A DNA stretch of 60,054 nucleotides from Acidimicrobiales bacterium (GTDB lineage: Bacteria > Actinomycetota > Acidimicrobiia > Acidimicrobiales > JAUJNH01). The notes under the pieces are model-generated. The model ran no database searches, was not told the origin of the DNA, and was given only the letters and a program-made list of their open reading frames with translations. Positions within the stretch are counted from its first letter, which is position 1. The number at the start of each line of letters is the position of its first letter. Below are positions 59,818-60,054 of the stretch, piece after piece. The translations under genes and the position numbers were made by a program. The stretch covers positions 1 to 60,054 of the forward strand of contig JBBSHS010000003.1 of NCBI GenBank assembly GCA_038232515.1. Reading direction: 5' to 3'.

Positions 59818-60054
59818 CTAGGCGACGAGCGAGGCACCGTCCAGCTCGATACCGACGACCTTCGCGATGCGGGCGAGGTCGGCGTCGTAGGCCAGCAATG
59901 AGGCACCTCGGCGCCACGCCACGGAGGCGATCATGCAGTCGAGCATGCCCCGGGGAGTGACGCCGGCGCTTCGGCAACGGCGGTAGATCCGTACAGCAGC
60001 CTCGAAGTCGGCGGTCGCGTCGAAGGTGAGCAGTTGGAACCGGAGCAGCAGCCG
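59818..60054 (-). CDS. vapC: PIN-domain toxin, C-terminal part (5' end outside window)
   Basis: Manual translation: DFEAAVRIYRRCRSAGVTPRGMLDCMIASVA...LLAYDADL. Confidence 0.85.
   Translation of the reverse strand, partial: RLLLRFQLLTFDATADFEAAVRIYRRCRSAGVTPRGMLDCMIASVAWRRGASLLAYDADLARIAKVVGIELDGASLVA

Noticed and set aside
59818-60054. Defence or mobile island beginning at vapC
   Set aside because: Only a partial toxin gene is visible; no antitoxin, integrase or att site lies within the window.

Overview
High-GC actinobacterial chromosome segment. Several conserved hypothetical proteins and the gene content suggest Acidimicrobiia (inference). In order it holds: a minus-strand surface-polysaccharide cluster (3 GT4 glycosyltransferases, UDP-glucuronate decarboxylase, ugd, rfbD/B/A, LCP protein); divergent birA / biotin carboxylase-BCCP; a peptide/nickel-type ABC importer plus M20 amidohydrolase; an LpdA-like flavoprotein; meaB-methylmalonyl-CoA mutase; a DUF4012 gene paired with a tiny collagen-like LPXTG protein; rhodanese-MoeB; PduO; ABC-F; an ECF sigma with an LppX/LolA-like anti-sigma; metH; fused lipB-lipA with E2 and E3; a TPP riboswitch before thiG-thiH; a HugZ-like gene; an RNase HI-SLOG fusion; aceE; a GH73 autolysin; HhH-GPD-thiS-thiE; small hypotheticals; an MBL hydrolase; and a partial vapC. 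I saw no rRNA, tRNA, CRISPR array or transposase. The most notable unannotated signal is a ~190-220 nt minus-strand structured RNA at 57826-58047 with paired ends, a pseudoknot or switch over a perfect SD, a 15-aa sORF and a terminator-like hairpin. Next are two families of intergenic palindromic repeats (one with compensatory stem changes), the DUF4012/LPXTG pair, the ECF/LppX-like pair and the RNase H-SLOG fusion. All calls come from motif recognition by eye; no searches were run.
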